Part shown: positions 1 to 8,989 of the stretch, in pieces
Layout of the letters: each line of letters begins with the position of its first letter
Numbering within the stretch: the stretch's first letter is position 1
NCBI GenBank assembly: GCA_965215365.1
Contig: CBDCDS010000003.1
Span: 928,001 to 992,000, forward strand
Origin: Gammaproteobacteria bacterium
Lineage (GTDB): Bacteria; Pseudomonadota; Gammaproteobacteria; Eutrophobiales; Eutrophobiaceae
DNA: 64,000 nucleotides
Reading direction: 5' to 3'
Notes under the pieces: model-generated
The model's database searches: none
The model's input: the letters and a program-made list of their open reading frames with translations, nothing else
What the model was told of the DNA's origin: nothing
Made by a program: the position numbers and the translations under genes

Positions 1-471
1 CTCTCGTGCCCACCGGTTAAGCGCTGCAGGAGCTTTCTGCGCTCGTACAAGCAAAGCAAACTCAACGTTGTTAAGCAGGCCGTCACGAGTCAGGTTATTG
101 CTGCCAACCCAAACGATATGTCTCTTGCTTCCCTGCAGCCAAACTACCTTAGGATGAAATATACCGTTATAGTCAATCATCAAGCGTACATCGATCCCGG
201 ATTCACTGATCTGCTCAAGCGCAGCAGGGTCAGTTATTGCGTGATCTGTACCGACGAAGAGAAGCACAGAGCGTTCCTCGTCATCACCCTTCCATTGCAA
301 TATCGACTGGCGAACCTGATCCCAACCTGACTGTGTTACCGCGTAAAAGTACATGGAAAGCATCGTACAGGATCGGTCAGCTTGTAAAGTCGAAATTAAA
401 GAGTCCCGAAAGGCAGTAACGCTCCACTTTCCTGTTATCCATGTCGGGAGATGTTTATGAGCTTTCACCAT
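1..471 (-). CDS. Phospholipase D-family (HKD-like) nuclease, runs off left edge; absent from ORF track
   Basis: Manual translation from ATG at 471-469 (TGATG overlap with the Mod stop): [11 protein letters not shown]...GIFHPKVVWLQGSKRHIVWVGSNNLTRDGLLNNVEF, the HxK...GSxNLT..G...N.E PLD signature. Confidence 0.8.
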   Translation of the reverse strand, partial: MVKAHKHLPTWITGKWSVTAFRDSLISTLQADRSCTMLSMYFYAVTQSGWDQVRQSILQWKGDDEERSVLLFVGTDHAITDPAALEQISESGIDVRLMIDYNGIFHPKVVWLQGSKRHIVWVGSNNLTRDGLLNNVEFALLVRAQKAPAALNRWARE

Positions 472-2420
472 CAGATGCTCCTGACTGAAGAAATACCCCT
501 TTCGCAAAGGAATGTTGCCAAGTTGATTTTTGTAATGTCGTCCACAAATGCATTATCTCGAAAGATACAGGAAACCTCTTCTACTGCAGGGAGCTCCTGG
601 CGCCAGGCAATGATTTCTGCGCCAATTTCATCCGCGTCAGAAGCCGTGATGGTTACATCAAGGCAGGCGAAGAATACGCCGCCGCCCACCGAATAGATCC
701 TTTTATTCGATCTCATTCTCTCTTGGATAGGTATGCACAGGTCTAAGCCGAGCTTAATTAGCAGTTCAAATAGAATATCGCTTTCGCTACGATCACCCTT
801 TAAGCTTTCAATAGACATTTGTAGTGAGTTTTCCAGGTTACCGTATTCCGGATCCCATTCTTGTATATTTGTTGAATCCAGCTTGAAAACGCGAAAACCA
901 ATGTCACCCGAAAACATTGGGTTTTTATCTCGAAAGCCGACCCCTGTGCGACGCAGAAATTCCTTTGTCAGTTCGGCGATATTATTGGCCTTCTTCTGAG
1001 AATTAAGAAAGCTCACTGCCGCTTGCTGTTCCTTATTGTCAGGATTCAGGCATTCAGGTAGTTGGACCAAAATGTATCTACGCGCTAGCCCATCCTCAAG
1101 ATTTTGCTGCATGACACCGCTTGCCGTTGTCCCGGATCCGGCAAAGAAGTCGAGAACTATGTCATCAGCAGAGGAGATTGCCCGTATCAGGTATTTGATT
1201 AGGCCAGAAGGTTTTGGGTAGCTCACAACATCCATTCCGAACAGCATCCTCATCTCTTGAGTAGCATCTTCATTTGTTGGCACTCCATTTGTCCGATGTG
1301 ATAACAGATTGGATATTTTCTTCATTTCGCCGGAACGATTGATGTAATTCGGCCGGAAGGGGATTTTGTGTATTACGATCTCAGCGCCATTGGCAATAAA
1401 CTCGTTTAGTTTGGCTTGTGAATAACGCCATTCGCCACGGAGTCGAAATTCGCCAGCATTAACACCACCTTCAACTTTCACGTCATCAAGGAGTTCGGTA
1501 ACGATGTTTCCCTCCGACATATCCTGTGCGCGAATCGATTGATCCTGACAAGAAAACTTCACAGATCGCGGGGGGAAACAAAGAATGCTGGCAGGATTCC
1601 CCGCATTATTAAACGGATATTTTTTACCATCTTCGACTGAGCCTGCGACAAATGCCGGAGCGAGCGACCGAGTTTTGGCGTATGCAATAATATAATCAGT
1701 AATGGAGCCCATGTTACGGTCAAGAAAGGAAGGTTTTTTCTTCTTTTCCCAGATAAACGTCCCGCAAAAATTTTCTCCTCCAAATATATCATCGCAAATA
1801 GCACGCAAGTTATGTATTTCAGTGTCATCGATGGAGATTAGAAGGACACCATCAGATTTAAGTAAATGTCTTGATAGCAGTAATCTGGGATACATCATGT
1901 TCAGCCAGTCAGTATGGAACCGGCCCGAGGCTTCTGTTTTGGAGGACAGTTTGCCATTCTCACCATCGATCTGGCCGGTTAGTTCCAAGTAGTTACGCAA
2001 GTTGTCACGGTAGTTGTCCGGATAGACAAAGTCCTTTCCTGTGTTATAGGGAGGATCGATGTAGATTAGCTTGATTTTGCTGGCATAGCTTTTTTGCAGA
2101 AGCTTCAGCACTTCCAGATTGTCGCCTTCAATCATCAGGTTCTGCGTGGTGTCCCAATCGACGCTGTCTTCAGGGCAGGGGCGTAATGTCCCGGTCGAGG
2201 GGGTCAGTGCGAGCTGTCGTGCACGGCGTTTGCCGTGCCAGCTGAGGCCATATTTCTCCTCACCTTCTTCGACGTTACCACCAAGTAGTTGCCGAAGCAC
2301 ATCAAAGTCCACCTTGTCCTCAGTGAACGTATCAGGGAATAGTGTCTTCAACTGTTCAGTATTCTCAGCGATAACGTCGATAGAGCAAGTATCAATATCA
2401 CCAGAGACTATCTTCTTCAT
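471..2420 (-). CDS. mod: Type III restriction-modification Mod subunit (N6-adenine methyltransferase)
   Basis: [10 protein letters not shown] and DFFAGSGTT motifs; typical Mod N-terminus ([29 protein letters not shown]) and C-terminus. Confidence 0.93.
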   Translation of the reverse strand: MKKIVSGDIDTCSIDVIAENTEQLKTLFPDTFTEDKVDFDVLRQLLGGNVEEGEEKYGLSWHGKRRARQLALTPSTGTLRPCPEDSVDWDTTQNLMIEGDNLEVLKLLQKSYASKIKLIYIDPPYNTGKDFVYPDNYRDNLRNYLELTGQIDGENGKLSSKTEASGRFHTDWLNMMYPRLLLSRHLLKSDGVLLISIDDTEIHNLRAICDDIFGGENFCGTFIWEKKKKPSFLDRNMGSITDYIIAYAKTRSLAPAFVAGSVEDGKKYPFNNAGNPASILCFPPRSVKFSCQDQSIRAQDMSEGNIVTELLDDVKVEGGVNAGEFRLRGEWRYSQAKLNEFIANGAEIVIHKIPFRPNYINRSGEMKKISNLLSHRTNGVPTNEDATQEMRMLFGMDVVSYPKPSGLIKYLIRAISSADDIVLDFFAGSGTTASGVMQQNLEDGLARRYILVQLPECLNPDNKEQQAAVSFLNSQKKANNIAELTKEFLRRTGVGFRDKNPMFSGDIGFRVFKLDSTNIQEWDPEYGNLENSLQMSIESLKGDRSESDILFELLIKLGLDLCIPIQERMRSNKRIYSVGGGVFFACLDVTITASDADEIGAEIIAWRQELPAVEEVSCIFRDNAFVDDITKINLATFLCERGISSVRSI

Positions 2421-2464
2421 GCTTCATTCTCCAAAATTGCAATACCAAATCCTGATGCTCACAC

Positions 2465-2769
2465 CCCAACGCCCGGATGATCTCATGCAAAGGCCGGATC
2501 TGTGCCACTAAGTCCGGCGGCGCCGGCGGCCGGTTGGCCTTGTACTCGGGATAAATGTCGTTACGAAAACTCTTGCCCTTGGCATCGAACACCACCGCAA
2601 AATAATCCGGCCGCTCGGCCTTGAGCAACTTGCGCAACATGTTCACCACCCCGAAAATAGCCCCGGTCGGCTCCTTGTCCGCATTCGTGAGGCCCGGCAT
2701 GGCGTGGTAGGCTCGGAACAGGTAATAAGAACCGTCTACTAAGGTGAGGAGTTTTTTGGGGGTGGTCAT
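2465..2769 (-). pseudogene. polA: 5' fragment (~100 codons) of DNA polymerase I, 5'-3' exonuclease domain
   Basis: [14 protein letters not shown]...[22 protein letters not shown]...HEIIRALG, then homology is lost and a stop follows at 2398. Confidence 0.88.
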
Positions 2770-2823
2770 TTCAAGACAATTTTGACTTTCCCGCGAATAA
2801 AGCAGGCAAAAGATGCAAAAAAC

Positions 2824-2864
2824 TTCCCTTTCCCCCGGAGGGAGAGGGCAGGGACGAGGGGGAT
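2824..2864. repeat. REP-like palindrome
   Basis: CCCTTTCCCCCGGAGGGAGAGGGCAGGGACGAGGGGG stem-loop in an intergenic position. Confidence 0.5.
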
Positions 2865-2909
2865 ACAATCTTCCACATTATTGGGACCTGCTTGATCTGG
2901 CCTATGGCG

Positions 2910-3128
2910 TCAGACTTGATCCTTGCCAATGAACTTATCTCCTCTATAGCTTGTTTCGGCTGGTTCCCTTTCGAAATAACTTGTAGTGTTATCCTGCCAA
3001 CGGACAAGACACGTGACCCCATCCGACCTAGGACGCGATCTGCCAGTTAAATTCCCTCGATTTCCAGGATCGTCACGCAAGTAAACTTCCGTGCCTTTGG
3101 GATATTGATTTACAGTGTTTTCGGTCAC
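2910..3128 (-). pseudogene. Probable N-terminal fragment of an SNF2/RapA-like helicase
   Basis: GTEVYLRDDPG.RG.LTGR.R...LVRWQD.TSY resembles N-termini of large SNF2 helicases; only 72 aa. Confidence 0.35.
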
Positions 3129-3291
3129 AAATTTACGATGTATTGGTATTCAGCTGATTTTACAGTCCTTTTGTCAAAAATGAAGGGTTTATGTTCTGAA
3201 TATGTCCGTGGCAGCTTGAATATTGCAGTAATTGCATGATTTTTTAATTACAATACTTGCATTATGGATTGAGGTCATTTACCATGAAACC

Positions 3292-3888
3292 ATGAGTGCA
3301 TTGAACAAGCTGAAACGACATCTTCGCCCGGGGCAGGTTTATCGCCGCGCCGACCTTCTGCCGTGGTCAAATGCCGTGGATCGGCATCTGCAACAGCTTG
3401 TTGGGGAAGGGACTTTAACCAAGCTTTCGGGAGGGCTGTACTATTGTCCCAAGCATACAAACTTCGGAGTTACGCCAGCCAGTGAGGAAAAGCTTGTCAA
3501 AGCGTTTCTGAAAGACCACCGCTTTTTACTGACTTCACCTAATGCCTACAACGCGCTTGGAGTTGGTTCAACGCAGCTCTACAACGAGACCATCGTTTAC
3601 AACCACAAGCGCCATGGCAATTTCGCTCTTGGCAACCGCACATTTAATTTTCGGATGAAACCACATTTTCCCTCGAAGATCTCCAAGGAGTTCTTGCTGG
3701 TCGATCTGGTGGACAACCCTGACCGTCTGGCCGAGCACAAACCTTCGATACTTGCAATGGTGAAGAAGCAGGCACAGAGCGCCGATCATAAAGCGCTGAA
3801 AAAAGCCGTCCGCGAGTACGGCGGGTCAAAAGCCAAAAAGTTCTTTGAGCCATTATTGTCTCAAGGTGCAATACCTGATGCCACATGA
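3292..3888 (+). CDS. AbiEi-like (DUF6088-type) type IV TA antitoxin/regulator
   Basis: N-terminal wHTH (GQVYRRADL...VDRHLQQLV..G.L.KL..GLY), AYNALG..TQ motif, AbiEii-like start immediately downstream. Confidence 0.7.
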   Translation: MSALNKLKRHLRPGQVYRRADLLPWSNAVDRHLQQLVGEGTLTKLSGGLYYCPKHTNFGVTPASEEKLVKAFLKDHRFLLTSPNAYNALGVGSTQLYNETIVYNHKRHGNFALGNRTFNFRMKPHFPSKISKEFLLVDLVDNPDRLAEHKPSILAMVKKQAQSADHKALKKAVREYGGSKAKKFFEPLLSQGAIPDAT

Positions 3889-4024
3889 ATTTCTTCACCA
3901 GAACAAAGAATTTGCCGACCTGATCCGTATCGTTGGGGAGGAGCGTTCCGTCGCCCCCATTCTTGTAAGGTCAAAATTCTGGATGACGGAGCATTTTCCG
4001 GGCCATCTCAGCTCGGGCCTATAG
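3878..4024 (+). pseudogene. Truncated AbiEii nucleotidyltransferase toxin (48 aa)
   Basis: MPHEFLHQNKEFADLIRIVGEERSVAPILV overlaps the antitoxin stop and diverges just before the expected EKDYW motif. Confidence 0.65.
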
Positions 4025-4108
4025 CTGATGCGATCCGGCTTGGAGGCAGAAGCGAGTGACAAATTCGCGTCAATGACAGGCGCCACGCCCGCACAGTCAT
4101 CACGAGCG

Positions 4109-4774
4109 TCATTTCAGTGCAACGATGATACCTATTATTGCGATTCCGCCCCCTATGAACCACCTCATTGAAGAGATACTCTCTTTCATTGCAGAGACAC
4201 TTTCTTCCAGCCTTTTTACATTGGCGGCAAGTGAACGTAGTGTTGTATTCACTTCTGACAAAGACAATATTTCACGCTCAAGCACCGCCTCCAAATCTTC
4301 GTTGGAAAGTGATGATTGATCCTGGTAGGGGCCGGAATAAGGCCGTTCTACCGGTTCGCTGAGGCGGTGAAATTCCACCGTGAGAAGATCATCTAAGTGT
4401 GACAGGGCTATTTTCCTGCTGGTCAGATTAGTCAGTCCGATACCTAACCTCCCCTTAAATCCTGGGTCGATCTGTGGGCCTGTAGTCGCAAGCAATCCCT
4501 TACGCGCCCATTTGCTGCGCAGGCCGAAGCGGCCGCTGTGTTGATTATTCAGAGAGATAACTTCTTCGGTAACCAGCACCGCAAAATCGCCTGCATCCAG
4601 TTCGACAAACCCTTTCTCTTTAACATTAACCTTGCCGCGGCGGGACGACACTGCTGCCTCAGGACCCACCCGTAAATCGTAGGAAGCCGGTTGGATTTGC
4701 TGATCGTTAAAAGGTGATATACCGACACTACCCTCGGAGCAGGCTTGCCGAATCATGCTGTCAGTCAGTATCAT
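4109..4774 (-). CDS. dCTP deaminase/dUTPase-fold protein with C-terminal coiled coil and transmembrane anchor
   Basis: MILTD..I...QPASYDLRVG, RSKWAR, IDPGFKG, PYSGPYQDQ; heptad region followed by WFIGGGIAIIGIIVALK. Confidence 0.85.
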   Translation of the reverse strand: MILTDSMIRQACSEGSVGISPFNDQQIQPASYDLRVGPEAAVSSRRGKVNVKEKGFVELDAGDFAVLVTEEVISLNNQHSGRFGLRSKWARKGLLATTGPQIDPGFKGRLGIGLTNLTSRKIALSHLDDLLTVEFHRLSEPVERPYSGPYQDQSSLSNEDLEAVLEREILSLSEVNTTLRSLAANVKRLEESVSAMKESISSMRWFIGGGIAIIGIIVALK

Positions 4775-4969
4775 GGTAGCGATACTAGCATATTTTCGCC
4801 TCTTTTGGGTCTCAAAACTTAGATGATTGGATCATGAAACTGATACGATTGGCAGTCATTCGTTCCCGTGGTCAACTTGACTTGCCACAATTATGACTAT
4901 TGGCAATTCCGAATATTCGCTGTACTATCTGTCTGTCCCAAGTAGCCTGAACTATGTGGGGGAGAGTCA

Positions 4970-5314
4970 ATGAAATATGTTCTTGCCGGTATGCTTAGCC
5001 TGCTCCTGATCACGGGGGCGGGCGCGCAGGACTATGAGGATGGAGAACTGGGGGAGGCGCCCAAGCCGCCGGAGCTGCCGGACCCGTTGAAGAGCGGCGA
5101 GGCAATTGAACCGCAGGTGACCATCATCCGCAAGGACGACGCGATCATTGAAGAATACCGCCTGGACGGCCGGCATTACATGACTCGCATCATCCCGGCA
5201 GTCGGCCCGGCTTACTATCTGGTGGACCGCGACGGAGACGGCCGGATGGAAACTCGCATGAGCGAAATCTACGATGACTTCACCGTGCCACAGTGGGTGT
5301 TATTCAGTTGGTGA
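4970..5314 (+). CDS. DUF2782 family exported protein
   Basis: Signal peptide; EPQVTII...IEEYR..G...P..GPAYYLVD.DGDG...PQWVLFSW; usual neighbour of polA. Confidence 0.85.
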   Translation: MKYVLAGMLSLLLITGAGAQDYEDGELGEAPKPPELPDPLKSGEAIEPQVTIIRKDDAIIEEYRLDGRHYMTRIIPAVGPAYYLVDRDGDGRMETRMSEIYDDFTVPQWVLFSW

Positions 5315-5354
5315 TCGAGAAATAATGGGAACTTCTAAAAATGCCCTCCGTGGC

Positions 5355-5403
5355 ATTTTTGCTGTGTAAGTTTCACCTGCCCTGGCCTGTTTATGTCCCT
5401 GTC
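5355..5403 (+). repeat. 49-bp direct repeat, copy 1 (upstream of Fic gene)
   Basis: ATTTTTGCTGTGTAAGTTTCACCTGCCCTGGCCTGTTTATGTCCCTGTC matches 6845-6893 with 4 mismatches. Confidence 0.9.
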
Positions 5404-5460
5404 ACTAGGCCGGTATTGGGCCATAGTCAGGCCACAAATCGTAACGAACCGGGGCGGAGA

Positions 5461-6825
5461 ATGAAAAAAACCGATGTAACGATTATATCAGAAATTGTCA
5501 ATGCGTCCGATGCAGGCCTCAGTAGCGTTGCCATCTATACTGCCTTGAAGAAAAGGATGCGGGATGACGTTCCCAGTCACAGAGCATTCAAGCGCCGGCT
5601 GGCCATTCTTGTTGAAAAAGGAAAAATTGCACGTATCGGCAAGGACCGGGCCGTAACATACCGGCGTCCCGCCGGCGCGCCGGCGCCGGTTGCCGTTGAT
5701 GAAGCCAGACTCGTCATCCCCATCTCAGACGAGGGCCATGCTGTTCAGGAGTATGTGCGCCGGCCCGTTCAGGGACGGGAACCTGCCGGGTACGAGCATG
5801 AGTTCCTAGAAGATTATATCCCCAACGATACCTGCTACCTGCCGGAACACATCAGGCGGGACCTGTCCTTGATCGGTGAAATCAGCAATCCCACCCCGGC
5901 AGGCAGCACCTACCAACCGGAGACGGTCAACCGGTTACTGGTCGATCTGTCCTGGGCCTCCAGCCGTCTGGAAGGCAATACGTACTCGCTCATTGACACA
6001 CAAAATCTGGTCGTGGATGGGGTCTTTGCCGAAGGAAAAGACCGGGCTGAGGCCGATATGATCCTGAACCACAAGCACGCCATTGATATGTTGCTGGAAA
6101 ATGCAGATACCCTGGGCTATAACAGGTACACGTTCCTGAGCCTGCACAAACTGTTGTCAGACAACCTGATGGGCGATCCGGCAGATAGCGGGCGGCTGCG
6201 CCAGAAGATAGTCGAGATAGGCGGTTCCGTGTACAGTCCACTCGGGTTCCCGCAGCAGGTGGAAGACTATTTCAGGATGTTCCTGGATAAGGCCGGGGAC
6301 ATAGAAGACCCGTTTGAGCAGTCGTTCTTCACCATGGTACACCTGCCGTACCTGCAACCCTTCACCGATGTCAATAAGCGCACGGCAAGGCTGGGTGCCA
6401 ACATCCCGCTGATCAAGAACAAGCTGTGTCCGTTGTCATTCATCGAGGTGCCCGAGCAAGACTATATCGAAGGAAACCTGGGTGTGTATGAACTGAATGA
6501 CACCAGCCTGCTGCAGGACGTGTACCTGTGGGCGTACGAACGGTCCTGCCGACGGTATAACACTATAAAACGGTTGGACTCCAGCAGAGATCCATACCGG
6601 ACAAAATACAAGCAACTGCTTTATTCGGTCACGGGAAAAATCATTAAACAAAAACTTGAAGCAACCGATGCATGCATCGCGGAGCTGGCGCGAGACCGCG
6701 TTATCAGCAACGATACCAACAGGTTCATCAAGATGGTCAACGATGAGTTGCGGAGCATGGACGCAGTGGGCTTGAATCGGTATGGTGTCAGCATGGAAGA
6801 GTTCCATGCGTGGCAGCGGGGCTAA
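5461..6825 (+). CDS. Fic family protein with N-terminal wHTH
   Basis: SWASSRLEGN, MILNHK, YLQPFTDVNKRTARL (variant Fic motif). Confidence 0.9.
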   Translation: MKKTDVTIISEIVNASDAGLSSVAIYTALKKRMRDDVPSHRAFKRRLAILVEKGKIARIGKDRAVTYRRPAGAPAPVAVDEARLVIPISDEGHAVQEYVRRPVQGREPAGYEHEFLEDYIPNDTCYLPEHIRRDLSLIGEISNPTPAGSTYQPETVNRLLVDLSWASSRLEGNTYSLIDTQNLVVDGVFAEGKDRAEADMILNHKHAIDMLLENADTLGYNRYTFLSLHKLLSDNLMGDPADSGRLRQKIVEIGGSVYSPLGFPQQVEDYFRMFLDKAGDIEDPFEQSFFTMVHLPYLQPFTDVNKRTARLGANIPLIKNKLCPLSFIEVPEQDYIEGNLGVYELNDTSLLQDVYLWAYERSCRRYNTIKRLDSSRDPYRTKYKQLLYSVTGKIIKQKLEATDACIAELARDRVISNDTNRFIKMVNDELRSMDAVGLNRYGVSMEEFHAWQRG

Positions 6826-6844
6826 CGCGCTCCGGGTGGCTCTA

Positions 6845-6893
6845 ATTTTTGCTATGTAGGTTTCACCTGCCCTGGCCCGTTTACGTCCCTGTC
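6845..6893 (+). repeat. 49-bp direct repeat, copy 2 (downstream of Fic gene)
   Basis: Near-identical to 5355-5403. Confidence 0.9.
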
Positions 6894-6954
6894 GCCGGAT
6901 ACCGGCCAATCCCTGGCCGGTATGACGAACAACGGGCTTACATGCGGGCGGTGT

Positions 6955-7066
6955 TCTGAAGCTGGTTGCTGCGTGGATTGAAATCCATCAGGATGAGTTG
7001 CTTGCGGATTGGGAGTTGGCAGTCAATGGTAAAAAGCTATTTCCGATTAGAGGCCTTGATCAATGA
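6955..7066 (+). pseudogene. C-terminal remnant of a DUF4160 protein
   Basis: LKLVAAWIEIHQDELLADWELAVNGKKLFPIRGLDQ*, ATGA overlap with DUF2442. Confidence 0.75.
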
Positions 7067-7329
7067 TAATTTCTTCGATAAAGCCACACCAAGACTATGT
7101 GCTGGAAATCCTCGCGGAGGATGGGCGCACAGGCTTTTTTGATGTGCGACCCTACTTGGAATCCGAAGTATTTTCCGGCTTAAAAGAAGAGCAAGCTTTC
7201 AAACAGGTAACCAATGGTGGCTATTTCATAGAATGGGAGTGTGGAGCAGATTTATCGGCGGATACTATCGAGGCTCGATGGCACAATGTACCAGTCCCTG
7301 CCTCCACGCAAGCATGCGGCGCCCGGTGA
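7063..7329 (+). CDS. DUF2442 family protein (partner of DUF4160, putative TA)
   Basis: DYVLEI..EDG..G.FDV.PYL...F..LK...F.QV......IEW.CGADL..DT. Confidence 0.8.
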   Translation: MIISSIKPHQDYVLEILAEDGRTGFFDVRPYLESEVFSGLKEEQAFKQVTNGGYFIEWECGADLSADTIEARWHNVPVPASTQACGAR

Positions 7330-7349
7330 CTGTGTCGGAGGGTCGCCAC

Positions 7350-7465
7350 ACGGGTGCGTCGGAGAACGCAGTGAAGACACAGGTTTGGATAGCCGTCTCC
7401 GTGTACGTGCTGGTTGCGATAATCAAAAAGCGTCTGAACTGCGACCTGAGTCTCTACACTTCCAG
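7350..7465 (+). mobile_element. IS4-family transposase C-terminal remnant
   Basis: G.SENAVKTQVWIAVSVYVLVAIIKKRLNCDLSLYT. Confidence 0.75.
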
Positions 7466-7606
7466 CGTTGGCCTTTACGGGAAGCAATCGCCATCCAACG
7501 CTTGTCTGGCTTCTTACTCCAGTCACAATGGACGACCATACTAAATCGATTTTTTGTTGTAGTCATTGCTGTTGGTATTGGTTCATGCAAGTGGGTTATC
7601 GGGACA

Positions 7607-8941
7607 TTACGACGTCAGAAAAATAGTAGCCAACCCTAGGAAGGTCATAAAACCTATGACATCGGTGACGGTTGTCAGGATGACCCCGCCGGCGATGGCC
7701 GGGTCTATGCCGAATTTTTTCAGGGCCAGGGGGATCATTGAGCCGGCCAAGGCGGCGCAGACCAGGTTGATGACCATGGCCAGGCTGATGACCAGGCCCA
7801 GTCCTTCATTACCGAACCACAGGGTGGCGACAACCCCGACCACGGCTGCCCACAGGACGCCGTTGAGCAGGCCGACGGCGCACTCCTTGCGCACCAGCGC
7901 GCAGGCGTTCTGCCGGGAAATACGGCCCAATGCCAGACCGCGCACGGAGATCGTCAAGGCCTGACTGCCAGCGCTGCCGCCCAGGCCGGCGACGATGGGC
8001 ATGAGGATGGCCAGCGCCACCAGTTCCTCAATGGCGGCCTCGAAGCGCCCGATCACCCAGGCGGCGAGGAATACGCTGAGCAGGCTGATGCCCAGCCAGA
8101 CTGCGCGCCGTCGGGTACTGGACAGGACCGACGCGAACAGGTCGTCCTCACCCAGGCCGGCCATGTTGCGTACGGATTGTTCCGCCAAGCCCTGGATCAC
8201 GTCCACAACGTCGTCGATGGTGATGCGTCCGAGCAGTTTCCGGCGCTCGTCCAGCACTGGCGCAGAGATCAGGTCGCGCTGTTCGAATAGGCGCGCCACC
8301 TCCTCAGCGGGCATGTCGGCGGGAATGCCCACGCCCTCGGACATGTGCTCGCCGACGCTGTCCTGCGACTTGTTCACCAGTACCTCCGCCAATGACAGCA
8401 CGCCTAGGTAGCGGTTTTGCCGATCCACGACGATAAGGCTGTCGGTATGGTCGGGGAGCTCTCCCAGTTGCCGCAGGTAACGGGTCACGACATCCAGCGT
8501 CACGTCTGCACGCACCCAGACCACATCCGTGTCCATGAGGCCGCCGGCCGTGTCTTCCGGGTAGGACAGCAACGAGGCGATGCGTTCCCGGTTTTGCGCG
8601 TCCATGGACAACAACACGCTGTCCACCCGCTCTTCGGGCAGGTCTTGCAGGATGTCGGCGGCCTCGTCCGGGTCCAACCCCCGGGTCACCTGCGCCACTT
8701 CCTGCGGCTGCATTGCTGCCAGCAGGCCGGCGCGCACGGCATCCTGCACTTCGGTCAGCACGTCGCCTTCCACAGCCGGGTCGACCAGCCGCCACAGCGC
8801 GCGCCGGTGGCGGCCCGGCAGGCTCTCCAGCAGGTCGGCTATTTCGGAGGGGTGGAACGACTCCAGCATCGACCGTACCCGGCCGAAGTCACCGTCTTCC
8901 AGGCACTCGAATAAGAGCTCTTGTCGGGATGCTGCTTGCAT
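7607..8941 (-). CDS. mgtE: Magnesium transporter MgtE
   Basis: MgtE N-domain, CBS pair (YPEDTAGGLM), TM domain with IDPAIAGG and TDVIG. Confidence 0.95.
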   Translation of the reverse strand: MQAASRQELLFECLEDGDFGRVRSMLESFHPSEIADLLESLPGRHRRALWRLVDPAVEGDVLTEVQDAVRAGLLAAMQPQEVAQVTRGLDPDEAADILQDLPEERVDSVLLSMDAQNRERIASLLSYPEDTAGGLMDTDVVWVRADVTLDVVTRYLRQLGELPDHTDSLIVVDRQNRYLGVLSLAEVLVNKSQDSVGEHMSEGVGIPADMPAEEVARLFEQRDLISAPVLDERRKLLGRITIDDVVDVIQGLAEQSVRNMAGLGEDDLFASVLSSTRRRAVWLGISLLSVFLAAWVIGRFEAAIEELVALAILMPIVAGLGGSAGSQALTISVRGLALGRISRQNACALVRKECAVGLLNGVLWAAVVGVVATLWFGNEGLGLVISLAMVINLVCAALAGSMIPLALKKFGIDPAIAGGVILTTVTDVIGFMTFLGLATIFLTS

Positions 8942-8989
8942 GACGGTTAAGGATTTGCGGAATTAAGCGGAGAGGGCGTAACGGCTGTT

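Noticed and set aside
118-419. Plus-strand ORFs 118-330 and 237-419
   Set aside because: The minus-strand frame carries a clear PLD motif and a coupled start.
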